Source: Deltaproteobacteria bacterium (lineage in GTDB: Bacteria; Myxococcota_A; Polyangia; Fen-1088). From it: DNA of 64,000 nucleotides. The notes below the pieces were generated by a model. The model made no database searches and was not told the DNA's origin. It saw only the letters and a list, made by a program, of their open reading frames with translations. Shown here one piece after another: positions 9,657-20,289 of the stretch (position 1 is its first letter; every line of letters begins with the position of its first letter). The position numbers were made by a program, and so were the translations under genes. The DNA lies in NCBI GenBank assembly GCA_033763315.1, contig JANRKS010000035.1:96001-160000 (forward strand), read 5' to 3'.

Positions 9657-10763
9657 ATGCGCTTACGCAGCCAATTGTTAAAGTGTGTTGTTTCCACAGT
9701 TCTTGCGTTGTCACCGGCGGCGTCCGCGGCGCCCGCGCGCCCGGCCGTTACCAAACCACCGCCACCAACGCCCGATCCGCAGTTCATACCGCAACCGGCG
9801 ACCAGCACAGACGCGCCCTATAGCCCGCAGGCGCTTTATCCGGGAGGCGTGGTGATGCCGCTTTACCCCGCAGGTTCACCGCACCTGAACGCCGAACGCG
9901 TCCGCGAAGCCGAGCAGTACACCATGACGTCAGGCGTGTCCGGGCGTGTTCAACACATCGTGAACATCCATAATCCCAGCATCGAAATCCACCGCGCAGA
10001 GCCCGCCTTCAACACAGGTACCACGGTGATCGTCGCGGCCGGGGGCGGCCACAACATCTTGTTTGTGGGCACCGAGGCCACTGATCTGGTGCCCTATTTT
10101 TACGATCACGGCATCAACACGGTGATTCTGCGCAACCGTCTACGAAGCAGCGGGTACGATCCCAGCGTGGAAGGCGTCGACGACGCTTTGCAGGCCATCC
10201 GCCTCGTTCGAGCGCACGCAGACGCCTTTGAGTTTGATCCGGATCGCATCGGCATTGTTGGTTTCTCAGCCGGCGGTGAATTGGCGGCCGCCGCAGCCCT
10301 TCGTTACGGGTCACATGATCGCGAGGTCAAAACAGAGCCATTTGCGGCGGTATCTGCGCGGCCGGACTTTGTGGGCCTGTTCTATCCGGGCCCCACCCCT
10401 TTCGCCCGCGGTGGCACGCCAACGATTCCAAAGGACGTTGCCCCCTGCTTCATCGTCTGCGCGGGTTCTGGCGACCGCATCCACGCGTTGTGGGCGAACG
10501 AATTTTTTGCGGGCCTGCTTGGGGCGGGCGTCCCCAACCTCGAAATGCACATCTACGGCAACGGTGTGCACGGCAACGGCATAAAGGATCGCTGGGGCAC
10601 GCCGTTTGGAAGCTGGCCGGATCGCTTCATCGATTGGCTGCGCGACCTAGGGTTTCTTCAGAAACGAGGCTTGGCCACCAAAGCCGCACAGGACGTCGCC
10701 GCCTTCGTGGCTAAGCCGCCTAAGCCGCCGCGACAGAGCAAGTCAGACGCGCCAGCCCGCTGA
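9657..10763 (+). CDS. Secreted alpha/beta hydrolase (acetyl-xylan/feruloyl esterase-like)
   Basis: Signal peptide, GGGH oxyanion motif, GFSAGG nucleophile elbow, HG catalytic His; adjacent to xylA. Confidence 0.8.
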   Translation: MRLRSQLLKCVVSTVLALSPAASAAPARPAVTKPPPPTPDPQFIPQPATSTDAPYSPQALYPGGVVMPLYPAGSPHLNAERVREAEQYTMTSGVSGRVQHIVNIHNPSIEIHRAEPAFNTGTTVIVAAGGGHNILFVGTEATDLVPYFYDHGINTVILRNRLRSSGYDPSVEGVDDALQAIRLVRAHADAFEFDPDRIGIVGFSAGGELAAAAALRYGSHDREVKTEPFAAVSARPDFVGLFYPGPTPFARGGTPTIPKDVAPCFIVCAGSGDRIHALWANEFFAGLLGAGVPNLEMHIYGNGVHGNGIKDRWGTPFGSWPDRFIDWLRDLGFLQKRGLATKAAQDVAAFVAKPPKPPRQSKSDAPAR

Positions 10764-10925
10764 CGACGAAACGTGCGTCTCGGCACGGCCTACGAACGAA
10801 ATTTTGCCCGCCCAATCCACACACCCCGAGGTGGCACTCGTATAACGACGCAAGATTGCCTATTATGCTCGCCCTCACTAGCAATCAGTATTGATCAGCG
10901 TTTTCGACCCTTTTGTGGAGTTCTC

Positions 10926-12254
10926 ATGGCCAAGTCTTTGACCCCCTATTTCGACAAGATCCCGACCATCAAGTACGAGGGTCCCGACACCGACAATCCG
11001 TTGGCGTACCGCTACTTCGATGCGAAGGCGAAGATCCTCGGCAAGCCGATGAAGGATTGGATGCGCAACGCCGTTTGCTACTGGCACACGTTCCGCGGCG
11101 TGGCGCTCGACATCTTCGGGCCGGGCACGATCTTCCGCCCTTGGGAAGATGGCAGCAACTCACTTGATATGGCGCTCAAGCGCACCGACGTGGTGTTTGA
11201 TTTCGTCACCAAGCTCGGCGTTGAATACTACTGCTTTCACGACCGCGACGTAGCGCCCGAGGGCAACGACGTCAGCGAAACGAACAGCAACCTGTGGGCC
11301 GTGGCTGAAAAGCTCAAATCACTGCAGAAGGCCACAGGCGTGAAGCTGTTGTGGGGCACCGCCAATATGTTCAGCCACCCGCGCTTTGCCCAAGGCGCTT
11401 CCACCAGCCCCAACGCCGATGTGTTCGCTTATTGCGCGAACGCCGTGAAGGAGATGTTGGACGTCACGAAGTTCCTCGGCGGCGAGAACTATGTTTTTTG
11501 GGGTGGCCGCGAAGGCTACAACACGTTGCTGAACACAGACATGGCCCGCGAGGCGGACCACGCTGGTCGCTTCTTCCAAATGGCGGTGGACTACGCAAAG
11601 AAGATTGGCTTCAAAGGCCAATTCTTGATTGAGCCCAAAGCGTGTGAGCCCACCAAGCACCAATACGATTTCGACAGCGCCACAGTGCTCGCGTTCTTGC
11701 GCAAGTACGGCCTTGAGAAGCACTTCAAGCTCAACGTCGAACAGAACCACGCCACGCTGGCAGGCCATGACTTCTGTCACGAGCTGGCTGTATGCGCGGC
11801 CAACGGCGCGTTGGGCTCAATCGATTCCAACCGCGGCGACGTGATGAATGGGTGGGACACCGATCAATTCCCCAACGACTACCGCGAATGCGCGCAAGCC
11901 TGGACCATCATCCTCAAAAACAAAAACGGCTTGGGCTCGGGCGGCCTCAACTACGACGCGAAGGTGCGTCGCGACAGCCACGATGTGGAAGATATGTTCT
12001 TCGCACACATCTGCGGCATCGACACGTGGGCCCGCGGCCTGCGCATCGCCGAGAAGATCATCAAGGATGGCAAGATGGAAGCGTTCGTGGATGAACGCTA
12101 TTCCAGTTACGACAGCGGCATCGGCAAGACGATCGAACGCGGCACCGCCACGTTTGAATCGTTGCAAAAGTACATCATCAAGAAGGGCGAAGTGGCTCCC
12201 ACGCCGTCTGCCCGCCAAGAGTACTTGGAGAACCTGCTCAATAAGTATTGCTGA
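10926..12254 (+). CDS. xylA: Xylose isomerase (class II)
   Basis: Motifs [31 protein letters not shown]. Start trimmed to ATG 10926 after GGAG. Confidence 0.97.
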   Translation: MAKSLTPYFDKIPTIKYEGPDTDNPLAYRYFDAKAKILGKPMKDWMRNAVCYWHTFRGVALDIFGPGTIFRPWEDGSNSLDMALKRTDVVFDFVTKLGVEYYCFHDRDVAPEGNDVSETNSNLWAVAEKLKSLQKATGVKLLWGTANMFSHPRFAQGASTSPNADVFAYCANAVKEMLDVTKFLGGENYVFWGGREGYNTLLNTDMAREADHAGRFFQMAVDYAKKIGFKGQFLIEPKACEPTKHQYDFDSATVLAFLRKYGLEKHFKLNVEQNHATLAGHDFCHELAVCAANGALGSIDSNRGDVMNGWDTDQFPNDYRECAQAWTIILKNKNGLGSGGLNYDAKVRRDSHDVEDMFFAHICGIDTWARGLRIAEKIIKDGKMEAFVDERYSSYDSGIGKTIERGTATFESLQKYIIKKGEVAPTPSARQEYLENLLNKYC

Positions 12255-12335
12255 GCACCCTCTACCCTCTGCACGGCTGACCGTGCCCCTTCACCACGTG
12301 AGGCGGGCACGGTTCGTTCGCCCACAGATGCCGGT

Positions 12336-12809
12336 TTAATCGTTGTGGGCCTTGAGCTGGCCGCGGACTTCACCCATCGGATTTGCGGCCGTGTGAGCGT
12401 TTACGTAAAGGGAGCCGGCCTTCAAATCTGCCAAAGCTGCCGGGTCCAAAGTCACCGTGCCAGTCGACGGGTCCGCCGAGGCAGGTACCACCAACGGCAG
12501 CACGACTGGCCCCGCGACGCCTGGGGCGCCCTTGTGGATGTGCGCAGCGGAGGCGGGCCCGGTCAGATCCGTCAAAGTCAAGGTGTACGTCATCACGCCT
12601 GTCTTCTCGTTCAGCTCGAAAGCGAAGATCCCTGAAGCTGTTGTGGTGCCGGTCGGCGGGGGAACTTCCACGCCGACGCTAAGGGGAGCGATCTCCTTAT
12701 AAGTCTCCGACGTCGTCTTGTCGTCGTCGCTACACGCCATGGTGAGCGTTGAGGCAAAGCCGCCAAAGACAAAGCAAGTAATGAGACGAGTGGACAAAGT
12801 GCGAGTCAT
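12336..12809 (-). CDS. CHRD-domain lipoprotein
   Basis: Lipobox-like TMAC; motifs AAHIHKGAPGVAGPV and YVNAHTAANPMGEVRGQL. Confidence 0.9.
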   Translation of the reverse strand: MTRTLSTRLITCFVFGGFASTLTMACSDDDKTTSETYKEIAPLSVGVEVPPPTGTTTASGIFAFELNEKTGVMTYTLTLTDLTGPASAAHIHKGAPGVAGPVVLPLVVPASADPSTGTVTLDPAALADLKAGSLYVNAHTAANPMGEVRGQLKAHND

Positions 12810-12991
12810 GCTCGTCCACCCTGCACGAGACGTACCGCCCGTTTTGGTGAGGCCGAACCTACTTTCCGTCGGCGAATCCCAGGGCAACGTTACAACCGAC
12901 CCACGTCAGACGTTACCAACGTGGCGAATCGAACGGATGCATCGGAGCCACACCCTGCTCACGGAGCGGCCAAACAACGCTTGCAAAAACC

Positions 12992-14056
12992 TCAGAATGC
13001 CAGCCGCACGCCCGCCACCACGCCCAGCAGCCCACGATCGGGCATCACATTGAGGTGCGTGAACACGCGGATAAAGGCCAGGTTCGCTTGCACGCCCACG
13101 AGCGCACGCAGCTTGCCTGAGCTGGGGCTCACCGTTTCCGTGGCGGTGATCTTCGCCGTGCCCACATCCACTTTGTCTGCCACCTGGGGCGAGGTGCCAA
13201 TCAGGTTGCTGTTCAAGCTCATATCCAGCTTGTTCGTGCCGCCAAACTGCCAGTCGTAACCAAGGCCGCCGTAAAGCGACAGCAGGTAGAACAGGCGAAA
13301 GTTCGTTGTGACCTCCAAAGGCACCGACCACACGCGCATATCAGCGCGAAACACGCCCGAACTATCCGCCTCGATGGCGGGGCCCGCCTTGTCGCTGGTC
13401 AACAGGATCTTGTTGGTCAGGGTGTCGGTGAGATTCAACGACAAACGCCCATACTCAACCCCCGATGTCACATCGATGCCGCCCCACGAGAACGAGACGG
13501 AGCGGTTGCGCTCGTGCACGTTCTCAAACAGCTTAATTTGCCCGTGCAAACCAAAGTTTTCATTGGTACCGTCGAACTGCTTGTAAGCGCCGCTGGCGCG
13601 AAAGTAGTTGCCGTAAATTGTGATCGGCCGCAGCCCCGCCCAGTGCAGGTTGGTGCCAGCCATCACGGAGAAGTTGGCGCCGATGCCGTCGATGGGCGGC
13701 TTGCGGTTGTTGTCGGTGGAAACGTATTTTTCGTCGGCATTGACCGACACGTTGGCGGCGATGCCAACGATGAAGCTTTTGGGATTGGAGGCGTAGTCCG
13801 CGCCCAGGCCTTTGTGCGAAAACGCCTGTGCGTCGCCAAACGCCTGCACATACTCGCGCGCGCCCGAAGCGCGAAACAGCGCCTCGAGCTCCGTGCGTAG
13901 CGTGCTTTCGATCTGCGACAGTGGCACCCCGGACTGCGCCGCAAACTGCGCCCCAGGGCCGGGGTTCAGCTGCACGTCAATGGTTCCGGCGTGCGCCGCT
14001 GTCGCCACCGCTGCACTCGCAAGAACAAGGGCGGACCTCACTGTAAATTTCCACAT
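12992..14056 (-). CDS. Exported, probable outer-membrane beta-barrel protein (Lsa36-like)
   Basis: Signal peptide ending AHA, alternating beta strands and terminal Phe (GVRLAF). The family resemblance is from memory only. Confidence 0.6.
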   Translation of the reverse strand: MWKFTVRSALVLASAAVATAAHAGTIDVQLNPGPGAQFAAQSGVPLSQIESTLRTELEALFRASGAREYVQAFGDAQAFSHKGLGADYASNPKSFIVGIAANVSVNADEKYVSTDNNRKPPIDGIGANFSVMAGTNLHWAGLRPITIYGNYFRASGAYKQFDGTNENFGLHGQIKLFENVHERNRSVSFSWGGIDVTSGVEYGRLSLNLTDTLTNKILLTSDKAGPAIEADSSGVFRADMRVWSVPLEVTTNFRLFYLLSLYGGLGYDWQFGGTNKLDMSLNSNLIGTSPQVADKVDVGTAKITATETVSPSSGKLRALVGVQANLAFIRVFTHLNVMPDRGLLGVVAGVRLAF

Positions 14057-14088
14057 GAGCTCCGCCCTTTCCTTCTTGCGTGTTGTGG

Positions 14089-16509
14089 TTAAGCCGACGG
14101 TGGGCTTTGCGTGGTCTGTGCCGGCGTGATCGAGCTTGTCATCGATCCCACAAGCGTTGGCATTTCCGTCAAAGCCAACGGCAGCACTTCATCCATGCGC
14201 TTGACATAGATGATCTCGATCTCTTTGCGCAAATGCTCGGGGATGTCGATCACGTCTTTGCTGTTGCGCTCGGGCATGATCACGCGCTTGATACCTGCGC
14301 GGTGAGCGGCCAGGAACTTCTCCTTGATGCCGCCCACGGGCAGCACCAAACCACGCAACGTTATTTCGCCCGTCATCGCCACGTCGCTGCGGATGGGTTT
14401 GTTGGTCAACAGCGACGTCATCGCCGTGAACATCGTCACGCCGGCTGAAGGGCCATCTTTGGGGATGGCGCCCGCAGGCAAGTGCAGGTGGATGTCAGTC
14501 TTCTCCAGGAAGTTGTCTTCAAGGCCCAACCAACGTGAGTGCGAACGAATGAACGAAAGGGCTGCAGTGGCGGATTCTTTCATCACGTCACCCAATTGAC
14601 CGGTGAGCACCAAGTTGCCCTTGCCGTTCATGCGCGTGGCTTCGATGAACAAGATGTCGCCACCCACGGGGGTCCATGCAAGGCCCGTGGCCACGCCCGG
14701 TTCACTGGTGCGTTCTGCCACCTCCGGCACGTGCTTTTGCGGCCCCAAGAAATCGGGGATGCGCTCGACCGTAATCACTTCGTTTTCTTTGGCCTTGTCT
14801 TCCGCCACAAGCACCGCCACGCCGCGCACAACCGAAGCGATTTCGCGCTCCAAGTTGCGCACGCCCGCTTCACGTGTGTACGAATCGATGATCTCGGCAA
14901 CCGCCTTGTCTTCGAACTTGACGCGCTCCTCGGTGAGCCCGTGCTCCTCGAGCTGCTTCTTGATCACGAACTGCCGCGCGATGTTGGATTTCTCTTCGCG
15001 GGTGTAGCCGGGGATCTCAAGCACCTCAAGACGATCGCGCAAAGCGGCCGGGATGGGATCCAAGATGTTGGCCGTGGCCACGAACATCACCTTTGAAAGG
15101 TCGAACGGCACTTCAAGGTAGTGATCCGAAAACGAGAAATTCTGTTCAGGATCCAAAACCTCAAGCAAGGCGGCCGCGGGATCGCCGCGGAAGTCGTGCC
15201 CCAGCTTATCAAGCTCGTCCAACATGAAGATGGGGTTGTTTGACCCTGCCTTCTTTAGACCTTGGATGATACGGCCAGGCAGCGAACCCACGTAGGTGCG
15301 GCGGTGGCCCCGAATCTCGGCCTCGTCGCGCACGCCACCCAATGAAATGCGTACGAACTTGCGGCCCAGCGCGCGCGCAATCGACCGACCGAGCGAGGTC
15401 TTGCCCACGCCGGGAGGCCCGGCCAAGCACAAAATGGGGCCCTTCTTATCGGCCTTGAGTTTGCGCACGGCCAAGTACTCAAGGATGCGCTTTTTCACCT
15501 TTTCGAGGTCGTAGTGATCCTCGTTCAAGATGTCGCGCGCCATCGAAATGTCGAGTTTGTCTTCCGTGGACTTGGCCCAAGGAAGCTCCATCAACCACTC
15601 AAGATACGTGCGCGTGACAGTGTATTCGGCCGACGAAGGCTGCATCACCTTCAAGCGTTCCAGCTGCTTGATCGCGGTTTTCTCTGCGTCGGCAGGCATT
15701 TTGGCTTCAACGATCTTTTCGCGGAAGTCATCCAAATCGCCGCCTGACTCGTCGATCTCGCCCAGCTCTTCCTTGATGGCTTTGAGTTGTTGGCGCAGCA
15801 CGTATTCGCGTTGGTTGCGGCCCATCTCCTCTTGCACCTGGGTGTTGATCTTCTCGCGCACCTTCAACACTTCGTGCTGGCGCGTGAGGAATTGCAACAC
15901 GCGCTTGAGCCGCGCTTTGATATCGAAGATCTCAAGCACTTCTTGCTTCTCGTCCACCTGAACGTCGAGGTTAGACGTGATGAGGTCGGCCAACTGGCCC
16001 GGATCAGTGACGCTATCCACCAAGGCCGATGCCTCTTTAGGGAGTTCAGGCATCAGCTTGATCACGCGCTTTGCCACATCCTTGAGATTGGCCACCAGCG
16101 CGTCGAGTTCAACGTTCGAATCGGTGGGGTCGGGCACCGACTGCACGCGGGCCGTGATGTACGGCTCTTGCTCTTGAATCTCGAGCATGCGGATGCGGGA
16201 TACGCCCTGCAAAATGACGGAGAAATTATCCTTCGCCAGTTTGATCACCTTCAGGATGCGTGCCGCGCAGCCCACGGTGTAAAGATCGCCTGGATCGGGA
16301 TCTTCTGTGCGGGCGTCGCGTTGGGTGATGATGCCGATGACCGGCTTTTCCTTCGCGATGGATTCCTCGATAAGTTTTACCGAGCGCTTGCGGCCCACGT
16401 CGATGGGAATGATCGACCCAGGGAACAGCACGGCATTGCGCAGTGGCAAGATGGCCAACTGATCAGGAATCTCGACCGGGCCTTCTGGGACGTTCTTCTT
16501 TGTAGCCAT
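14089..16509 (-). CDS. lon: ATP-dependent protease La (LonD/BsgA-like)
   Basis: N-domain LPLRN, Walker [18 protein letters not shown], catalytic PKDGPSAG and GGIKEK. Confidence 0.97.
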   Translation of the reverse strand: MATKKNVPEGPVEIPDQLAILPLRNAVLFPGSIIPIDVGRKRSVKLIEESIAKEKPVIGIITQRDARTEDPDPGDLYTVGCAARILKVIKLAKDNFSVILQGVSRIRMLEIQEQEPYITARVQSVPDPTDSNVELDALVANLKDVAKRVIKLMPELPKEASALVDSVTDPGQLADLITSNLDVQVDEKQEVLEIFDIKARLKRVLQFLTRQHEVLKVREKINTQVQEEMGRNQREYVLRQQLKAIKEELGEIDESGGDLDDFREKIVEAKMPADAEKTAIKQLERLKVMQPSSAEYTVTRTYLEWLMELPWAKSTEDKLDISMARDILNEDHYDLEKVKKRILEYLAVRKLKADKKGPILCLAGPPGVGKTSLGRSIARALGRKFVRISLGGVRDEAEIRGHRRTYVGSLPGRIIQGLKKAGSNNPIFMLDELDKLGHDFRGDPAAALLEVLDPEQNFSFSDHYLEVPFDLSKVMFVATANILDPIPAALRDRLEVLEIPGYTREEKSNIARQFVIKKQLEEHGLTEERVKFEDKAVAEIIDSYTREAGVRNLEREIASVVRGVAVLVAEDKAKENEVITVERIPDFLGPQKHVPEVAERTSEPGVATGLAWTPVGGDILFIEATRMNGKGNLVLTGQLGDVMKESATAALSFIRSHSRWLGLEDNFLEKTDIHLHLPAGAIPKDGPSAGVTMFTAMTSLLTNKPIRSDVAMTGEITLRGLVLPVGGIKEKFLAAHRAGIKRVIMPERNSKDVIDIPEHLRKEIEIIYVKRMDEVLPLALTEMPTLVGSMTSSITPAQTTQSPPSA

Positions 16510-16642
16510 TGGTTGGATCGTAATATGGGAAGGAGAGTCACGCGACTTAATTTCGTGGTGCGGCGGGCTCTCAAAACGCCGGTACCTTCACTGCTGACTA
16601 AGATGTTCGGCGCACCGTTTGAGGTTCGTCAACGCGCCACCC

Positions 16643-16665
16643 GTTTATTGACCTGTTTATTGACC
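16643..16665. promoter_or_regulatory. Tandem direct repeat upstream of lon
   Basis: GTTTATTGACC-T-GTTTATTGACC (12-bp period), about 135-155 bp upstream of the lon start. Confidence 0.45.
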
Positions 16666-16680
16666 CGTGACGGGGCCCAA

Positions 16681-16713
16681 AACGGCAAACGGCCCCTCGG
16701 ATGAGGAGCCGTT
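16681..16713 (-). terminator. Putative intrinsic terminator after recA
   Basis: The minus strand gives hairpin AACGGCTCCTC-ATCC-GAGGGGCCGTT followed by TGCCGTTTT. Confidence 0.55.
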
Positions 16714-16779
16714 CGTAGGTTGACGTAAGGGCAAGTCGACTAGATCGTGTTTGCCATTACAGTTTCAACAGGGGTTATA

Positions 16780-17970
16780 CTACTTCTTGCCTGGCTTCGC
16801 GATCTCGTGAACCACGCCGGACATGGCCACTTCGCCAAAGTCTCGCTTGATGCCGTGCTTTGACAAAATCAAGCCTTCGATCTTGGCCGCCATCTCGGGG
16901 TGCTCCCGCAGATACGTCTTCACATTCTCGCGGCCCTGCCCGATGCGCTCGCCCTCGAACGAGAACCAGGCCCCTGCCTTGTCGATGATGCCGCCCTCGG
17001 CACCGAGATCCACCAGGTCGCCTTCGCGGCTGATGCCTTCGCCATAAAGAATGTCGAATTCGACCTCGCGGAAGGGAGGTGCCATCTTGTTCTTCACCAC
17101 GCGCACGCGGGTGCGGTTGCCCACCACCTTCTCGCCGTCTTTCAGCGCGCCCACGCGGCGAATGTCGAGACGTACGCTGGCGTAGAACTTCAAGGCGTTG
17201 CCGCCCGTGGTGGTTTCAGGGCTGCCGAACATGACACCGATCTTCATGCGGATCTGGTTGATGAAGATCACCAAGGTGTTTGATTTGGCGATGGTGCCGG
17301 TGAGCTTACGCAGGGCCTGGCTCATCAAGCGGGCCTGCAAGCCCACGTGTGAATCGCCCATCTCGCCTTCGATTTCAGCCCGCGGGGTCAACGCAGCCAC
17401 CGAGTCAACGACCACCACGTCCACCGCATTCGAGCGCACCAACATGTCGGCGATCTCCAACGCTTGCTCGCCGAAGTCGGGCTGCGAAACCAATAGGTCG
17501 TCGGTGCGCACGCCCAATTTACGCGCGTAACCCACGTCCAACGCGTGCTCGGCATCAACGAAGGCACACACGCCACCGCGCTTTTGCGCCTGGGCCACAA
17601 CCTGCAAAGCCAAGGTGGTTTTACCCGATGACTCCGGGCCATAAATTTCAACGATGCGGCCCTTGGGCAAGCCACCCACGCCCAGCGCAATGTCAACGGC
17701 CAACGAGCCTGTGGAAACCACCTTCACTTCCGGGGCTTGCACGTCCTCGCCAAGGCGCATGATGCTGCCTTTGCCGAACTGCTTTTCGATCGTGGAGACC
17801 GCCAGATCGATCGCTTTATCTTTTTCCACGTCGCGGGCCCGAGGGGCAGCGGCGATGGGTTCCTTCACGGCGTCCTTGCCCATGTCTTTCATGGCGTTAT
17901 TCATAACGCCTTCCACGGCCGCGCCATTGGCTTTTCCGTTTTTCGTATCCGACTTTTGCACCGTTGCCAT
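16780..17970 (-). CDS. recA: Recombinase RecA with N-terminal extension
   Basis: [35 protein letters not shown]; GAGG RBS upstream. Confidence 0.98.
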   Translation of the reverse strand: MATVQKSDTKNGKANGAAVEGVMNNAMKDMGKDAVKEPIAAAPRARDVEKDKAIDLAVSTIEKQFGKGSIMRLGEDVQAPEVKVVSTGSLAVDIALGVGGLPKGRIVEIYGPESSGKTTLALQVVAQAQKRGGVCAFVDAEHALDVGYARKLGVRTDDLLVSQPDFGEQALEIADMLVRSNAVDVVVVDSVAALTPRAEIEGEMGDSHVGLQARLMSQALRKLTGTIAKSNTLVIFINQIRMKIGVMFGSPETTTGGNALKFYASVRLDIRRVGALKDGEKVVGNRTRVRVVKNKMAPPFREVEFDILYGEGISREGDLVDLGAEGGIIDKAGAWFSFEGERIGQGRENVKTYLREHPEMAAKIEGLILSKHGIKRDFGEVAMSGVVHEIAKPGKK

Positions 17971-18014
17971 CACTTCGTACCTTCCTCAATTGCCTCAATC
18001 TGGTTTGCTCAGCT

Positions 18015-19316
18015 TTAAACTTGTGTGATGGCCTTGCGGGCCAGGTCCAAGGCGGCGAACGCAGCCGCCCTGCGAATGCGTTCACGGCCGCCCGACAACA
18101 AACGCGTTTCCGCGCGCGTTCCGGCCGCGGTGGCCACCCCAAAGCACACCGTGCCCACCGGCTTTTCTCCGGGCACGTCGGCAGGCTTGGTGCTGCCGTC
18201 GCGTGAATCGCCCGCGATGCCAGTGATCGAAACCGCCACATCCGCACCCAAGACGCGGCGTGCGCCCTCGGCCATGGCTGCCGCGCAGGCCTCACTGACG
18301 GCGCCGTGCTCTTGCAGCATCTGGGCAGGCACGCCTAAGACATTGGTTTTCACCGCGTTGGCGTAGCTGACCACGGCGCCCAAGAACACGCGGCTGGCGC
18401 CAGGCTCTTCGGTGAACAACTGCCCGGCGTATCCGCCCGTGCACGATTCCGCGAAGGCGAGCGTTTTGCCGGCCTCCGCAAACGCACGCTGCACAACCTG
18501 GGGAAACGTTTCGTCGCCCACGCCATACACAGCGGTGCCCAAGCGTTCGATCACTTGCGCCTCAAGGCGCGCCATCGTGGCCTGCGCTTCAGCCTCGGCC
18601 TCGACGTTGGCCGCGTGGCGCAGCACAAGGCGTACGTGGCATTCGGTGGGGGCCGCGCGGTAGTGCAAAGACACGTCAGCGACGTCATCAATCAAGCCGG
18701 CCAAGCGGTGATCAATGTGAGATTCGCCCATGCCATAGACGTGAAACGTGCGCACGAGCGTGGGCATGCCTCCCACGGCCAAGATGGCCGCTTGCAGACG
18801 CGGCACCACGTGATCGTCGAAGATGCGGTTCATCTCACGCGGTACGCCCGGCATGAAATAGACCGTGGCGCCTTCAATCTTCGTCTCAAAACCGGGAGCG
18901 AGGCCCACCGGATTGGGCAACGGAAGCGCACCCGATGGCACCCGCACCTGCCGTTCGTTGTTGGGCGTGAGCACATAATTGTGGCGGGCAAAACGCAAGC
19001 GCATCGCTTCGTGCGAATCCGCATGGATCTCGGGCTGCACCCCTAACATGGCCGACACCACGTCGACCGTGCGATCGTCGTCAGTGGGGCCAAGGCCCCC
19101 CGTCACGAACACCAACTTGTGGGCACGGCACAAACGCACCAACGCGGCCTTCATATCGGAGGGCTCGTCCGCCACGACGGCGTGTTCACCCGGGACAAGC
19201 CCCAATCCGAATGCCCGATCCGACAAAAACGCGGCGTTGCCGTTGACCACCTCACCGCGCAGAACTTCGTCGCCTATGGCGAGGACGGCGAAGGACAGCC
19301 AGGTGGGAGAAGACAT
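18015..19316 (-). CDS. cinA: Competence/damage-inducible protein CinA (MoCF + NMN deamidase PncC domain)
   Basis: IGDEVL, GGLGPTDDD, PGVPREM, AESCTGG, SITGIAG; classic cinA-recA arrangement. Confidence 0.95.
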   Translation of the reverse strand: MSSPTWLSFAVLAIGDEVLRGEVVNGNAAFLSDRAFGLGLVPGEHAVVADEPSDMKAALVRLCRAHKLVFVTGGLGPTDDDRTVDVVSAMLGVQPEIHADSHEAMRLRFARHNYVLTPNNERQVRVPSGALPLPNPVGLAPGFETKIEGATVYFMPGVPREMNRIFDDHVVPRLQAAILAVGGMPTLVRTFHVYGMGESHIDHRLAGLIDDVADVSLHYRAAPTECHVRLVLRHAANVEAEAEAQATMARLEAQVIERLGTAVYGVGDETFPQVVQRAFAEAGKTLAFAESCTGGYAGQLFTEEPGASRVFLGAVVSYANAVKTNVLGVPAQMLQEHGAVSEACAAAMAEGARRVLGADVAVSITGIAGDSRDGSTKPADVPGEKPVGTVCFGVATAAGTRAETRLLSGGRERIRRAAAFAALDLARKAITQV

Positions 19317-19467
19317 TTGTTCAGTACCTTAAGGAATCGCCTTCGCGCTGTCAATGAACTGTGCACAGCCATCCGCCACCTCGCTTGGAGCCGTCCGAAC
19401 CGGCAAAGCGCGCCAAGCCGCTGGCTTCCCTTTCCGCCAAACGTTCCGCCGTGTTATGAAATTGGCG

Positions 19468-20232
19468 ATGCGCATTCGCTATGCCGCAAAGACCGATCCC
19501 GGCCTGAAGCGGAGTCACAACGAAGACTTCTTTTCTCTTATCGAAGAGGAGCAAGTGTTTCTGGTCGCCGACGGCATGGGGGGTCACGCCTGCGGCGAAG
19601 TGGCTTCTAAGATGGCGGCCGACGTCATCAAGGACTTTTTCGAGCGCACGCGCGACGAAGAAAACACGTGGCCATTCAAGATGGACAAGACGTTGTCGTT
19701 CCTTGAAAACCGCTTGGCTGTGGCGATCAAGACGGCCAACAAACGCATCTTTGATTCCGCTTCGAAAGACACGAAGCTCAAGGGCATGGGCACCACCGTT
19801 GTGATGGGGCAAATCACGGGTGACAAGTTCTACGTGGCCCACGTGGGTGATTCGCGCTGTTACCGCATCCGTGGCGACGAGGTGTATCAGCTTACGCGCG
19901 ATCATTCGCTGCTTGAGGATTACAAAGACGCGCGCCCCGACATGACCGACGAGGAGGAAAAACGTTTTCCTCACAAGAACGTGATCACACGTGCTTTAGG
20001 AATGAAGGAAAACGTTCAGGTGGACGTGCGCGCCGATGAAGTGGCCGATGGCGACGTGTTCCTGCTGTGCTCGGATGGCTTGTCCGGAATGATCTCCAAA
20101 GAGGTCATGGGGCAAACGGTGCGCAAGGCAGCGGACCTTGAAGCCGCCGTGGCGGGCCTCATCGAAGAAGCCAACAAAGCGGGCGGCACCGACAACATCA
20201 CGGTGCTCGCCCTCGAGTGTCGGCGCAACTAG
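19468..20232 (+). CDS. PP2C-family Ser/Thr phosphatase (Stp1/Pph1-like)
   Basis: [30 protein letters not shown] motifs. Confidence 0.95.
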   Translation: MRIRYAAKTDPGLKRSHNEDFFSLIEEEQVFLVADGMGGHACGEVASKMAADVIKDFFERTRDEENTWPFKMDKTLSFLENRLAVAIKTANKRIFDSASKDTKLKGMGTTVVMGQITGDKFYVAHVGDSRCYRIRGDEVYQLTRDHSLLEDYKDARPDMTDEEEKRFPHKNVITRALGMKENVQVDVRADEVADGDVFLLCSDGLSGMISKEVMGQTVRKAADLEAAVAGLIEEANKAGGTDNITVLALECRRN

Positions 20233-20289
20233 CGGCGGCGTGCGTGTCGCCCACGGCGACGTAGCGCTCGCCAAGGCAGCGCGAGGCAG

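Noticed and set aside
19350-19370. Palindrome CTGTGCACAG next to GTTCA upstream of cinA-recA as a LexA box
   Set aside because: Spacing does not fit the Myxococcus LexA consensus (CTRHAMRYBYGTTCAGS) as I recall it.
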